From the human T2T-CHM13v2.0 reference genome, Homo sapiens: a DNA stretch of 64,000 nt. Position numbers and translations under genes: made by a program. A model generated the notes under the pieces. It searched no databases, was not told the origin of the DNA, and saw nothing but the letters and a program-made list of their open reading frames with translations. The DNA lies in the NCBI RefSeq assembly GCF_009914755.1, contig NC_060926.1; one strand, 5' to 3'. Below are positions 13,767-27,696 of the stretch, piece by piece. How positions within the stretch are numbered: the stretch's first letter is position 1; each line of letters begins with the position of its first letter.

Positions 13767-16700
13767 CAATGTCAGAAACTTTTTCATGATGTATCTACTC
13801 AGCTAACAGAGTTGAACCTTTCTTTTGAGAGAGCAGTTTTGAAACACTCTTTTTGTGGAATCTGGAAGTGGATATTTGTCTAGCTTTGAGGATTTCGTTG
13901 GAAACGGGATTACATATAAAAAGCAGACAGCAGCATTCCCAGTAACTTCTTTGTGATGTTTGCATTCAAGTCACAGAGTTGAACATTCCCTTTCATAGAG
14001 CAGGTTTGAAACACTCTTTTTGTAGTATCTGGATGTGGACATTTGGAGCGCTTTCAGGCCTATGGTGAAAAAGGAAATATCTTCCCCTGAAAACTAGACA
14101 GAAGCATTCTCAGAAACTTATTTGTGATGTGCACCCTCAACTAACAGTGTTGAAGCTTTCTTTTGACAGAGCTGTTTGAAACACTCTTTTTGTAAAATCT
14201 GCAAGAGGATATTTGGATTGCTTTGAGGATTTCGGTGGAAATGGGATTGTCTTCATATAAACTCTAGACAGTAGCATTCTCAGAAGCTTCATTGGGATGT
14301 TTCAATTGAAGTCACAGTGTTGAACAGTCCCTTTCATAGAGCAGGTTTGAAACACTCTTTTTGTAGTATCTGGAAGTGGACATTTGGAGCGCTCTCAGGA
14401 GTACGGTGAAAAAGGAAATATCTTCCAATAAAAGCTAGATAGAAGCAATGTCAGAAACTTTTTCATGATGTATCTACTCAACTAACAGAGTTGAACCTTT
14501 CTTTTGAGAGAGCAGTTTTGAAACACTGTTTTTGTGGAATCTGCAAGTGGATATTTGTCTAGCTTTGAGGATTTCGTTGGAAACGGGATTATATATAAAA
14601 AGCAGACAGCAGCATTCCCAGAAACTTCTTTGTGATGTTTGCATTCAAGTCACAGAGTTGAACATTCCCTTTCATAGAGCAGGTTTGAAACACTCTTTTT
14701 GTAGTATCTGGATGTGGACATTTGGAGCGCTTTCAGGCCTATGGTGAAAAAGGAAATATCTTCCCCAGAAAACTAGACAGAAGCATTCTCAGAATCTTAT
14801 TTGTGATGTGCGCCCTCAACTAACAGTGTTTAACCTTTCTTTTGATAGAGCAGTTTTGAAACACTCTTTTTGTAATATCTGCAAGAGGATATTTGGATAG
14901 CTTTGAGGATTTCGTTGGAAACGGGATTGTCTTCATATAAACTCTAGACAGAAGCATTCTCAGAAGCTTCATTGGGATGTTTCAATTGAAGTCACAGTGT
15001 TGAACAGTTCCTTTCATAGAACAGGTTTGAAACACTCTTTTTGTAGTATCTGGAAGTGGACATTTGGAGCGCTCTCAGGACTTCGGTGAAAAAGGAAATA
15101 TCTTCCAATAAAAGCTACATAGAAGCAATGTCAGAAACTTTTTCATGATGTATCTACTCAGCTAACAGAGTTGAACCTTTCCTTTGAGAGAGCAGTTTTG
15201 AAACACTCTTTTTGTGGAATCTGCAAGTGGATATTTGTCTAGCTTTGAGGATTTCGTTGGAAACGGGATTACATATAAAAAGCAGACAGCAGCATTCCCA
15301 GTAACTTCTTTGTGATGTTTGCATTCAAGTCAGAGAGTTGAACATTCCCTTTCATAGAGCAGGTTTGAAAGACTCTTTTTGAAGTATCTGGATGTGGACA
15401 TTTGGAGCGCTTTCAGGCCTATGGTGAAAAAGGAAATATCTTCCCCTGAAAACTAGACAGAAGCATTCTCAGAATCTTATTTGTCATGTGCGCCCTCAAC
15501 TAACAGTGTTGAACCTTTCTTTTGATAGAGCAGTTTTGAAACACTCTTTTTGTAATATCTGCAAGAGGATATTTGGATAGCTTTGAGGATTTCGGTGGAA
15601 ACGGGATTGTCTTCATATAAACTCTAGACAGAAGCATTCTCAGAAGCTTCATTGGGATGTTTCAATTGAAGTCACAGTGTTGAACAGTCCCTTTCATAGA
15701 GCAGGTTTGAAACACTCTTTTTGTAGTATCTGGAAGTGGACATTTGGAGCGCTCTCAGGACTACGGTGATAAAGGAAATATCTTCCAATAAAAGCTAGAT
15801 AGAAGCAATGTCAGAAACTTTTTCATGATGTATCTACTCGGCTAACAGAGTTGAACCTTTCTTTTGAGAGAGCAGTTTTGAAACACTCTTTTTGTGGAAT
15901 CTGCAAGTGGATATTTGTCTAGCTTTGAGGATTTCGTTGGAAACGGGATTACATATAAAAAGCAGACAGCAGCATTCCCAGAATCTTCTTTGTGATGTTT
16001 GCATTCAAGTCACAGAGTTGAACATTCCCTTTCATAGTGCAGGTTTGAAACACTCTTTTTGTAGTATCTGGATGTGGACATTTGGAGCGCTTTCAGGCCT
16101 ATGGTGAAAAAGGAAATATCTTCCCCTGAAAACTAGACAGAAGCATTCTGAGAATCTTATTTGTGATGTGCGCCCTCAACTATCAGTGTTGAAGCTTTCT
16201 TTTGATAGAGCAGTTTTGAAACACTCTTTTTGTAAAATCTGCAAGAGGATATTTGGATAGCTTTGAGGATTTCGTTGGAAACGGGATTGTCTTCATATAA
16301 ACTCTAGACAGAAGCATTCTCAGAAGCTTCATTGGGATGTTTCAATTAAAGTCACAGTGTTGAACAGTCCCTTTCATAGAGCAGGTTTGAAACACTCTTT
16401 TTGTAGTATCTGGAAGTGGACATTTGGAGCGCTCTCAGGACTGCGGTGAAAAAGGAAATATCTTCCAATAAAAGCTAGATAGAAGCAATGTCAGAAACTT
16501 TTTCATGATGTATCTACTCAGCTAACAGAGTTGAACCTTCATTTGAGAGAGCAGTTTTGAAACACTCGTTTTGTGGAATCTGCAAGTGGATATTTGTCTA
16601 GCTTTGAGGATTTCGTTGGAAACGGGATTACATATAAAAAGCAGACAGCAGCATTCCCAGAAACTTCTTTGTGATGTTTGCATTCAAGTCACAGAGTTGA

Positions 16701-19700
16701 ACATTCCCTTTCATAGAGCAGGTTTGAAACACTCTTTTTGTAGTATCTGGATGTGGACATTTGCAGCGCTTTCAGGCCTAAGGTGAAAAAGGAAATATCT
16801 TCCCCTGAAAACTAGACAGAAGCATTCTCAGAAACTTATTTGTGATGTGCGCCCTCAACTAACAGTGTTGAAGCTTTCTTTTGATAGAGCAGTTTTGAAA
16901 CACTCTTTTTGTAATATCTGCAAGAGGATATTTGGATAGCTTTGAGGATTTCGTTGGAAACGGGATTGTCTTCATATAAACTCTAGACAGAAGCATTCTC
17001 AGAAGCTTCATTGGGATGTTTCAATTGAAGTCACAGTGTTGAACAGTTCCTTTCATAGAACAGGTTTGAAACACTCTTTTTGTAGTATCTGGAAGTGGAC
17101 ATTTGGAGCGCTCTCAGGACTAAGGTGAAAAAGGAAATATCTTCCAATAAAAGCTACATAGAAGCAATGTCAGAAACTTTTTCATGATGTATCTACTCAG
17201 CTAACAGAGTTGAACCTTTCCTTTGAGAGAGCAGTTTTGAAACACTCTTTTTGTGGAATCTGCAAGTGGATATTTGTCTAGCTTTGAGGATTTCGTTGGA
17301 AACGGGATTACATATAAAAAGCAGACAGCAGCATTCCCAGTAACTTCTTTGTGATGTTTGCATTCAAGTCAGAGAGTTGAACATTCCCTTTCATAGAGCA
17401 GGTTTGAAACACTCTTTTTGAAGTATCTGGATGTGGACATTTGGAGCGCTTTCAGGCCTATGGTGAAAAAGGAAATATCTTCCCCTGAAAACTAGACAGA
17501 AGCATTCTCAGAAACTTATTTGTGATGTAAGCCCTCAACTAACAGTGTTGAAGCTTTCTTTTGATAGAGCAGTTTTGAAACACTCTTTTTGTAATATCTG
17601 CAAGAGGATATTTGGATAGCTTTGAGGATTTCGTTGGAAACGGGATTGTCTTCATATAAACTCTAGACAGAAGCATTCTCAGAAGCTTCATTGGGATGTT
17701 TCAATTGAAGTCACAGTGTTGAACAGTCCCTTTCATAGAGCAGGTTTGAAACACTCTTTTTGTAGTATCTGGAAGTGGACATTTGGAGCGCTCTCAGGAC
17801 TACGGTGATAAAGGAAATATCTTCCAATAAAAGCTAGATAGAAGCAATGTCAGAAACTTTTTCATGATGTATCTACTCAGCTAACAGAGTTGAACCTTTC
17901 TTTTGAGAGAGCAGTTTTGAAACACTCTTTTTGTGCAATCTGCAAGTGGATATTTGTCTAGCTTTGAGGATTTCGTTGGAAACGGGATTACATATAAAAA
18001 GCAGACAGCAGCATTCCCAGAATCTTCTTTGTGATGTTTGCATTCAAGTCACAGAGTTGAACATTCCCTTTCATAGAGCAGGTTTGAAACACTCTTTTTG
18101 TAGTATCTGGATGTGGACATTTGGAGCGCTTTCAGGCCTATGGTGAAAAAGGAAATATCTTCCCCTGAAAACTGGACAGAAGCATTCTCAGAATCTTATT
18201 TGTGATGTGCGCCCTCAACTAACAGTGTTGAAGCTTTCTTTTGATAGAGCAGTTTTGAAACACTCTTTTTGTAAAATCTGCAAGAGGATATTTGGATAGC
18301 TTTGAGGATTTCGTTGGAAACGGGATTGTCTTCATATAAACTCTAGACAGAAGCATTCTCAGAAGCTTCATTGGGATGTTTCAATTAAAGTCACAGTGTT
18401 GAACAGTCCCTTTCATAGAGCAGGTTTGAAACACTCTTTTTGTAGTATCTGGAAGTGGACATTTGGAGCGCTTTCAGGACTGCGGTGAAAAAGGAAATAT
18501 CTTCCAATAAAAGCTAGATGGAAGCAATGTCAGAAACTTTTTCATGATGTATCTACTCAGCTAACAGAGTTGAACCTTCATTTGAGAGAGCAGTTTTGGA
18601 ACACTCGTTTTGTGGAATCTGCAAGTGGATATTTGTCTAGCTTTGAGGATTTCGTTGGAAACGGGATTACATAGAAAAAGCAGACAGCAGCATTCCCAGA
18701 AACTTCTTTGTGATGTTTGCATTCAAGTCACAGAGTTGAACATTCCCTTTCATAGAGCAGGTTTGAAACACTCTTTTTGTAGTATCTGGATGTGGACTTT
18801 TGCAGCGCTTTCAGGCCTAAGGTGAAAAAGGAAATATCTTCCCCTGAAAACTAGACAGAAGCATTCTCAGAAACTTATTTGTGATGTGCGCCCTCAACTA
18901 ACAGTGTTGAAGCTTTCTTTTGATAGAGCAGTTTTGAAACACTCTTTTTGTAATATCTGCAAGAGGATATTTGGATAGCTTTGAGGATTTCGTTGGAAAC
19001 GGGATTGTCTTCATATAAACTCTAGACAGAAGCATTCTCAGAAGCTTCATTGGGATGTTTCAATTGAAGTCACAGTGTTGAACAGTTCCTTTCATAGAAC
19101 AGGTTTGAAACACTCTTTTTGTAGTATCTGGAAGTGGACATTTGGAGCGCTCTCAGGACTAAGGTGAAAAAGGAAATATCTTCCAATAAAAGCTACATAG
19201 AAGCAATGTCAGAAACTTTTTCATGATGTATCTACTCAGCTAACAGAGTTGAACCTTTCCTTTGAGAGAGCAGTTTTGAAACACTCTTTTTGTGGAATCT
19301 GCAAGTGGATATTTGTCTAGCTTTGAGGATTTCGTTGGAAACGGGATTACATATAAAAAGCAGACAGCAGCATTCCCAGTAACTTCTTTGTGATGTTTGC
19401 ATTCAAGTCAGAGAGTTGAACATTCCCTTTCATAGAGCAGGTTTGAAACACTCTTTTTGAAGTATCTGGATGTGGACATTTGGAGCGCTTTCAGGCCTAT
19501 GGTGAAAAAGGAAATATCTTCCCCTGAAAACTAGACAGAAGCATTCTCAGAAACTTATTTGTGATGTGCGCCCTCAACTAACAGTGTTGAAGCTTTCTTT
19601 TGATAGAGCAGTTTTGAAACACTCTTTTTGTAATATCTGCAAGAGGATATTTGGATAGCTTTGAGGATTTCGTTGGAAACGGGATTGTCTTCATATAAAC

Positions 19701-21580
19701 TCTAGACAGAAGCATTCTCAGAAGCTTCATTGGGATGTTTCAATTGAAGTCACAGTGTTGAACAGTCCCTTTCATAGAGCAGGTTTGAAACACTCTTTTT
19801 GTAGTATCTGGAAGTGGACATTTGGAGCGCTCTCAGGACTACGGTGATAAAGGAAATATCTTCCAATAAAAGCTAGATAGAAGCAATGTCAGAAACTTTT
19901 TCATGATGTATCTACTCAGCTAACAGAGTTGAACCTTTCTTTTGAGAGAGCAGTTTTGAAACACTCTTTTTGTGCAATCTGCAAGTGGATATTTGTCTAG
20001 CTTTGAGGATTTCGTTGGAAACGGGATTACATATAAAAAGCAGACAGCAGCATTCCCAGAATCTTCTTTGTGATGTTTGCATTCAAGTCACAGAGTTGAA
20101 CATTCCCTTTCATAGAGCAGGTTTGAAACACTCTTTTTGTAGTATCTGGATGTGGACATTTGGAGCGCTTTCAGGCCTATGGTGAAAAAGGAAATATCTT
20201 CCCCTGAAAACTGGACAGAAGCATTCTCAGAATCTTATTTGTGATGTGCGCCCTCAACTAACAGTGTTGAAGCTTTCTTTTGATAGAGCAGTTTTGAAAC
20301 ACTCTTTTTGTAAAATCTGCAAGAGGATATTTGGATAGCTTTGAGGATTTCGTTGGAAACGGGATTGTCTTCATATAAACTCTAGACAGAAGCATTCTCA
20401 GAAGCTTCATTGGGATGTTTCAATTAAAGTCACAGTGTTGAACAGTCCCTTTCATAGAGCAGGTTTGAAACACTCTTTTTGTAGTATCTGGAAGTGGACA
20501 TTTGGAGCGCTCTCAGGACTGCGGTGAAAAAGGAAATATCTTCCAATAAAAGCTAGATAGAAGCAATGTCAGAAACTTTTTCATGATGTATCTACTCAGC
20601 TAACAGAGTTGAACCTTCATTTGAGAGAGCAGTTTTGGAACACTCGTTTTGTGGAATCTGCAAGTGGATATTTGTCTAGCTTTGAGGATTTCGTTGGAAA
20701 CGGGATTACATATAAAAAGCAGACAGCAGCATTCCCAGAAACTTCTTTGTGATGTTTGCATTCAAGTCACAGAGTTGAACATTCCCTTTCATAGAGCAGG
20801 TTTGAAACACTCTTTTTGTAGTATCTGGATGTGGACTTTTGCAGCGCTTTCAGGCCTAAGGTGAAAAAGGAAATATCTTCCCCTGAAAACTAGACAGAAG
20901 CATTCTCAGAAACTTATTTGTGATGTGCGCCCTCAACTAACAGTGTTGAAGCTTTCTTTTGATAGAGCAGTTTTGAAACACTCTTTTTGTAATATCTGCA
21001 AGAGGATATTTGGATAGCTTTGAGGATTTCGTTGGAAACGGGATTGTCTTCATATAAACTCTAGACAGAAGCATTCTCAGAAGCTTCATTGGGATGTTTC
21101 AATTGAAGTCACAGTGTTGAACAGTTCCTTTTATAGAACAGGTTTGAAACACTCTTTTTGTAGTATCTGGAAGTGGACATTTGGAGCGCTCTCAGGACTA
21201 TGGTGAAAAAGGAAATATCTTCCAATAAAAGCTACATAGAAGCAATGTGAGAAACTTTTTCATGATGTATCTACTCAGCTAACAGAGTTGAACCTTTCCT
21301 TTGAGAGAGCAGTTTTGAAACACTCTTTTTGTGGAATCTGCAAGTGGATATTTGTCTAGCTTTGAGGATTTCGTTGGAAACGGGATTACATATAAAAAGC
21401 AGACAGCAGCATTCCAGGTAACTTCTTTGTGATGTTTGCATTCAAGTCACAGAATTGAACATTCCCTTTCATAGAGCAGGTTTGAAACACTCTGTTTGTA
21501 GTATCTGGATGTGGACATTTGGAGCGCTTTCAGGCCTATGGTGAAAAAGGAAATATCTTCCCCTGAAAACTAGACAGAAG

Positions 21581-21747
21581 CATTCTCAGAAACTTATTTG
21601 TGATGTGCGCCCTCAACTAACAGTGTTGAACCTTTCTTTTGATAGAGCAGTTTTGAAACACTCTTTTTGTAATATCTGCAAGAGGATATTTGGATAGCTT
21701 TGAGGATTTCGTTGGAAACGGGATTACATATAAAAAGCAGACAGCAG
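21581..21747 (+). repeat. Hybrid monomer m2/m4 joined at the CENP-B box (2-mer variant); another at 50629-50795
   Basis: m2 body (GCGCCCTCAAC...AAGAGGATATTTGGATAGC), CENP-B box, then the m4 tail GGGATTACATATAAAAAGCAGACAGCAG, followed by m1. Confidence 0.9.
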
Positions 21748-22769
21748 CATTCCCAGAATCTTGTTTGTGATGTTTGCATTCAAGTCACAGAGTTGAACAT
21801 TCCCTTTCAGAGAGCAGGTTTGAAACACTCTTTTTATAGTATCTGGATGTGGACATTTGGAGCGCTTTCAGGCCTATGGTGAAAAAGGAAATATCTTCTC
21901 CTGAAAACTAGACAGAAGCATTCTCAGAATCTTATTTGTGATGTGCGCCCTCAACTAACAGTGTTGAAGCTTTCTTTTGATAGAGCAGTTTTGAAACACT
22001 CTTTTCGTAAAATCTGCAAGAGGATATTTTGATAGCTTTGAGGATTTCGTTGGAAACGGGATTGTCTTCATATAAACTCTAGACAGAAGCATTCTCAGAA
22101 GCTTCATTGGGATGTTTCAATTGAAGTCACAGTGTTGAACAGTCCCTTTCATAGAGCAGGTTTGAAACACTCTTTTTGTAGTATCTGGAAGTGGACATTT
22201 GGAGAGATCTCAGGAATACGGTGATAAAGGAAATATCTTCCAATAAAAGCTAGATAGAAGCAATGTCAGAAACTTTTTCATGATGTATCTACTCAGCTAA
22301 CAGAGTTGAACCTTTCTTTTGAGAGAACAGTTTTGAAACACTCTTTTTGTGGAATCTGCAAGTGGATATTTGTCTAGCTTTGAGGATTTCGTTGGAAACG
22401 GGATTACATAGAAAAAGCAGACAGCAGCATTCCCAGTAACTTCTTTGTGATGTTTGCATTCAAGTCACAGAGTTGAACATTCCCTTTCATAGAGCAGGTT
22501 TGAAACACTCTTTTTGTAGTATCTGGATGTGGACATTTGGAGCGCTTTCAGGTCTATGGTGAAAAAGGAAATATCTTCCCCTGAAAACTAGACAGAAGAA
22601 TTCTCAGAATCTTATTTGTGATGTGCGCCCTCAACTAACAGTGTTGAAGCTTTCTTTTGATAGAGCAGTTTTGAAACACTCTTTTCGTAAAATCTGCAAG
22701 AGGATATTTGGATAGCTTTGAGGATTTCGTTGGAAACGGGATTGTCTTCATATAAACTCTAGACAGAAG

Positions 22770-23107
22770 CATTCTCAGAAGCGTCATTGGGATGTTTCAA
22801 TTGAAGTCACAGTGTTGAACAGTCCCTTTCATAGAGCAGGTTTGAAACACTCTTTTTGTAGTATCTGGATGTGGACATTTGGAGCGCTTTCAGGCCTATG
22901 GTTTAAAAGGAAATATCTTCCCCTGAAAACTAGACAGAAGCATTCTCAGAAACTTATTTGTGATGTGCGCCCTCAACTAACAGTGTTGAAGCATTCTTTT
23001 GATAGAGCAGTTTTGAAACACTCTTTTTGTGGAATCTGCAAGTGGATATTTGTGTAGCTTTGAGGATTTCGTTGGAAACGGGATTACATATAAAAAGCAG
23101 ACTGCAG
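22770..23107 (+). repeat. Chimeric dimer m3/m1 + m2/m4 replacing m3+m4 (length-neutral 4-mer); related copies at 24809-25145 and 37720-38056
   Basis: An m3 head switches to an m1 tail (CTGGATGTGG...GGCCTATGGTTTAAAAGG...CCCCTGAAAACTAG); then an m2 head switches to an m4 tail (GTGGAATCTGCAAGTGG...GGGATTACATAT). Confidence 0.88.
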
Positions 23108-26100
23108 CATTCCCAGAAACTTCTTTGTGATGTTTGCATTCAAGTCACAGAGTTGAACATTCCCTTTCATAGAGCAGGTTTGAAACACTCTTTTTGTAGT
23201 ATCTGGATGTGGACATGTGGAGCGCTTTCAGGCCTATGGTGAAAAAGGAAATATCTTCCCCTGAAAACTAGACAGAAGCATTCTCAGAATCTTATTTGTG
23301 ATGTGCGCCCTCAACTAACAGTGTTGAAGCTTTCTTTTGATAGAGCAGTTTTGAAACACTCTTTTTGTAAAATCTGCAAGAGGATATTTGGATAGCTTTG
23401 AGGATTTCGTTGGAAACGGGATTGTCTTCATATAAACTGTAGACAGAAGCATTCTCAGAAGCTTCATTGGGATGTTTCAATTGAAGTCACAGTGTTGAAC
23501 AGTCCCTTTCATAGAGCAGGTTTGAAACACTCTTTTTGTAGTATCTGGAAGTGGACATTTGGAGCGCTCTCAGGACTGCGGTGAAAAAGGAAATATCTTC
23601 CAATAAAAGCTAGATAGAAGCAATGTCAGAAACTTTTTCATGATGTATCTACTCAGCTAACAGAGTTGAACCTTCCTTTGAGAGAGCAGTTTTGAAACAC
23701 TCTTTTTGTGGAATCTGCAAGTGGATATTTGTCTAGCTTTGAGGATTTCGTTGGAAACGGGATTACATATAAAAAGCAGACAGCAGCATTCCCAGAAACT
23801 TCTTTGTGATGTTTGCATTCAAGTCACAGAGTTGAACATTCTCTTTCATAGAGCAGGTTTGAAACACTCTTTTTGTAGTATCTGGATGTGGACATTTGCA
23901 GCGCTTTCAGGCCTAAGGTGAAAAAGGAAATATCTTCCCCTGAAAACTAGACAGAAGCATTCTCAGAAACTTATTTGTGATGTGCGCCCTCAACTAACAG
24001 TGTTGAAGCTTTCTTTTGATAGAGCAGTTTTGAAACACTCTTTTTGGAATATCTGCAAGAGGGTAATTGGATAGCTTTGAGGATTTCGTTGGAAACGGGA
24101 TTGTCTTCATATAAACTCTAGACAGAAGCATTCTCAGAAGCTTCATTGGGATGTTTCAATTGAAGTCACAGTGCTGAACAGTTCCTTTCATAGAACAGGT
24201 TTGAAACACTCTTTTTGTAGTATCTGGAAGTGGACATTTGGAGCGCTCTCAGGACTATGGTGAAAAAGGAAATATCTTCCAATAAAAGCTACATAGAAGC
24301 AATGTCAGAAACTTTTTCATGATGTATCTACTCAGCTAACAGAGTTGAACCTTTCCTTTGAGAGAGCAGTTTTGAAACACTCTTTTTGTGGAATCTGCAA
24401 GTGGATATTTGTCTAGCTTTGAGGATTTCGTTGGAAACGGGATTACATATAAAAAGCAGACAGCAGCATTCCCAGTAACTTCTTTGTGGTGTTTGCATTC
24501 AAGTCACAGAGTTGAACATTCCCTTTCATAGAGCAGGTTTGAAACACTCTTTTTGTAGTATCTGGATGTGGACATTTGGAGCGCTTTCAGGCCTATGGTG
24601 AAAAAGGAAATATCTTCCCCTGAAAACTAGACAGAAGCATTCTCAGAATCTTATTTGTGATGTGCGCCCTCAACTAACAGTGTTGAAGCTTTCTTTTGAT
24701 AGAGCAGTTTTGAAACACTCTTTTTGTAAAATCTGCAAGAGGATATTTGGATAGCTTTGAGGATTTCGTTGGAAACGGGATTGTCTTCATATAAACTCTA
24801 GACAGAAGCATTCTCAGAAGCATCATGGGGATGTTTCAATTGAAGTCACAATGTTGAACAGTCCCTTTCATAGAGCAGGTTTGAAACACTCTTTTTGTAG
24901 TATCTGGATGTGGACATTTGAGCGCTTTCAGGCCTATGGTTTAAAAGGAAATATCTTCCCCTGAAAACTAGACAGAAGCATTCTCAGAAACTTATTTGTG
25001 ATGTGCGCCCTCAACTAACAGTGTTGAAGCATTCTTTTGATAGAGCAGTTTTGAAACACTCTTTTTGTGGAATCTGCAAGTGGATATTTGTCTAGCTTTG
25101 AGGATTTCGTTGGAAACGGGATTACATATAAAAAGCAGACAGCAGCATTCCCAGAAACTTCTTTGTGATGTTTGCATTCAAGTCACAGAGTTGAACATTC
25201 CCTTTTATAGAGCAGGTTTGAAACACTCTTTTTGTAGTATCTGGATGTGGACATTTGGAGCGCTTTCAGGCCTATGGTGAAAAAGGAAATATCTTCCCCT
25301 GAAAACTAGACAGAAGCATTCTCAGAAACTTATTTGTGATGTGCGCCCTCAACTAACAGTGTTGAACCTTTCTTTTGATAGAGCAGATTTGAAACACTCT
25401 TTTTGTAATATCTGCAAGAGGATATTTGGATAGCTTTGAGGATTTCTTTGGAAACGGGATTGTCTTCATATAAACTCTAGACAGAAGCATTCTCAGAAGC
25501 TTCATTGGGATGTTTCAATTGAAGTCACAGTGTTGAACAGTCCCTTTCATAGAGCAGGTTTGAAACACTCTTTTTGTAGTATCTGGAAGTGGACATTTGT
25601 AGAGATCTCAGGAATACGGTGATAAAGGAAATATCTTCCAATAAAAGCTAGATAGAAGCAATGTCAGAAACTTTTTCATGATGTATCTACTCAGCTAACA
25701 AAGTTGAACCTTCATTTGAGAGAGCAGTTTTGAAACACTCGTTTTGTGGAATCTGCAAGTGGATATTTGTCTAGCTTTGAGGATTTCGTTGGAAACGGGA
25801 TTACATATAAAAAGCAGACAGCAGCATTCCCAGAAACTTCTTTGTGATGTTTGCATTCAAGTCACAGAGTTGAACATTCCCTTTCATAGAGCAGGTTTGA
25901 AACACTCTTTTTGTAGTATCTGGATGTGGACATTTGGAGCGCTTTCAGGCCTATGGTGAAAAAGGAAATATCTTCCCCTGAAAACTAGACAGAAGCATTC
26001 TCAGAATCTTATTTGTGATGTGCGCCCTCAACTAACAGTGTTGAAGCTTTCTTTTGATAGAGCAGTTTTGAAACACTCTTTTTGTAAAATCTGCAAGAGG

Positions 26101-27525
26101 ATATTTGGATAGCTTTGAGGATTTCGTTGGAAACGGGATTGTCTTCATATAAACTGTAGACAGAAGCATTCTCAGAAGCTTCATTGGGATGTTTCAATTG
26201 AAGTCACAGTGTTGAACAGTCCCTTTCATAGAGCAGGTTTGAAACACTCTTTTTGTAGTATCTGGAAGTGGACATTTGGAGCGCTCTCAGGACTACGGTG
26301 AAAAAGGAAATATCTTCCAATAAAAGCTAGATAGAAGCAATGTCAGAAACTTTTTCATGATGTATCTACTCAGCTAACAGAGTTGAACCTTCATTTGAGA
26401 GAGCAGTTTTGGAACACTCTTTTTGTGGAATGTGCAAGTGGATATTTGTCTAGCGTTGAGGATTTCGTTGGAAACGGGATTACATATAAAAAGCAGACAG
26501 CAGCATTCCCAGAAACTTCTTTGTGATGTTTGCATTCAAGTCACAGAGTTGAACATTCCCTTTCATAGAGCAGGTTTGAAACACTCTTTTTGTAGTATCT
26601 GGATGTGGACATTTGGAGCGCTTTCAGGCCTAAGGTGAAAAAGGAAATATCTTCCCCTGAAAAATAGACAGAAGCATTCTCAGAAACTTATTTGTGATGT
26701 GCGCCCTCAACTAGCAGTGTTGAAGCTTTCTTTTGATAGAGCAGTTTTGAAACACTCTTTTTGTAATATCTGCAAGAGGATATTTGGATAGCTTTGAGGA
26801 TTTCGTTGGAAACGGGATTGTCTTCATATAAACTCTAGACAGAAGCATTCTCAGAAGCTTCATTGGGATGTTTCAATTGAAGTCACAGTGTTGAACAGTT
26901 CCTTTCATAGAACAGGTTTGAAACACTCTTTTTGTAGTATCTGGAAGTGGACATTTGGAGCGCTCTCAGGACTATGGTGAAAAAGGAAATATCTTCCAAT
27001 AAAAGCTACATAGAAGCAATGTCAGAAACTTTTTCATGATGTATCTACTCAGCTAACAGAGTTGAACCTTTCTTTTGAGAGAACAGTTTTGAAACACTCT
27101 TTTTGTGGAATCTGCAAGTGGATATTTGTCTAGCTTTGAGGATTTCGTTGGAAACGGGATTACATATAAAAAGCAGACAGCAGCATTCCCAGAAACTTCT
27201 TTGTGATATTTGCATTCAAGTCACAGACTTGAACATTCCCTTTCATAGAGCAGGTTTGAAACACTCTTTTTGTAGTATCTGGATGTGGACATTTGGAGCG
27301 CTTTCAGGCCTATGGTGAAAAAGGAAATATCTTCCCCTGCAAACTAGACAGAAGCATTCTCAGAAACTTATTTGTGATGTGCGCCCTCAACTAACAATGT
27401 TGAACCTTTCTGTTGATAGAGTAGTTTTGAAACACTCTTTTCGTAAAATCTGCAAGAGGATATTTGGATAGCTTTGAGGATTTCGTTGGAAACGGGATTG
27501 TCTTCATATTAACCCTGGACAGTAG

Positions 27526-27696
27526 CATTCTCAGAAGGTTCTTTGGGATGTTTCAATTGAAGTCACAGTGTTGAACAGTCACTTTCATAGAGCAGGTTTG
27601 AAACACTCTTTTTGTAAAATCCGCAAGAGGATATTTGGATAGCTTTGAGGATTTCGTTGGAAACGGGATTGTCTTCATATAGAATCTAGACAGAAT
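27526..27696 (+). repeat. Hybrid monomer m3/m2 creating an 851-bp 5-mer HOR; copies at 29736-29906 and 39756-39926
   Basis: Anchor spacing 27103->27954 and 29313->30164 = 851. An m3 head is joined in TTTGAAACACTCTTTTTGTA to an m2 tail with a CENP-B box, followed by a normal m3. Confidence 0.92.
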
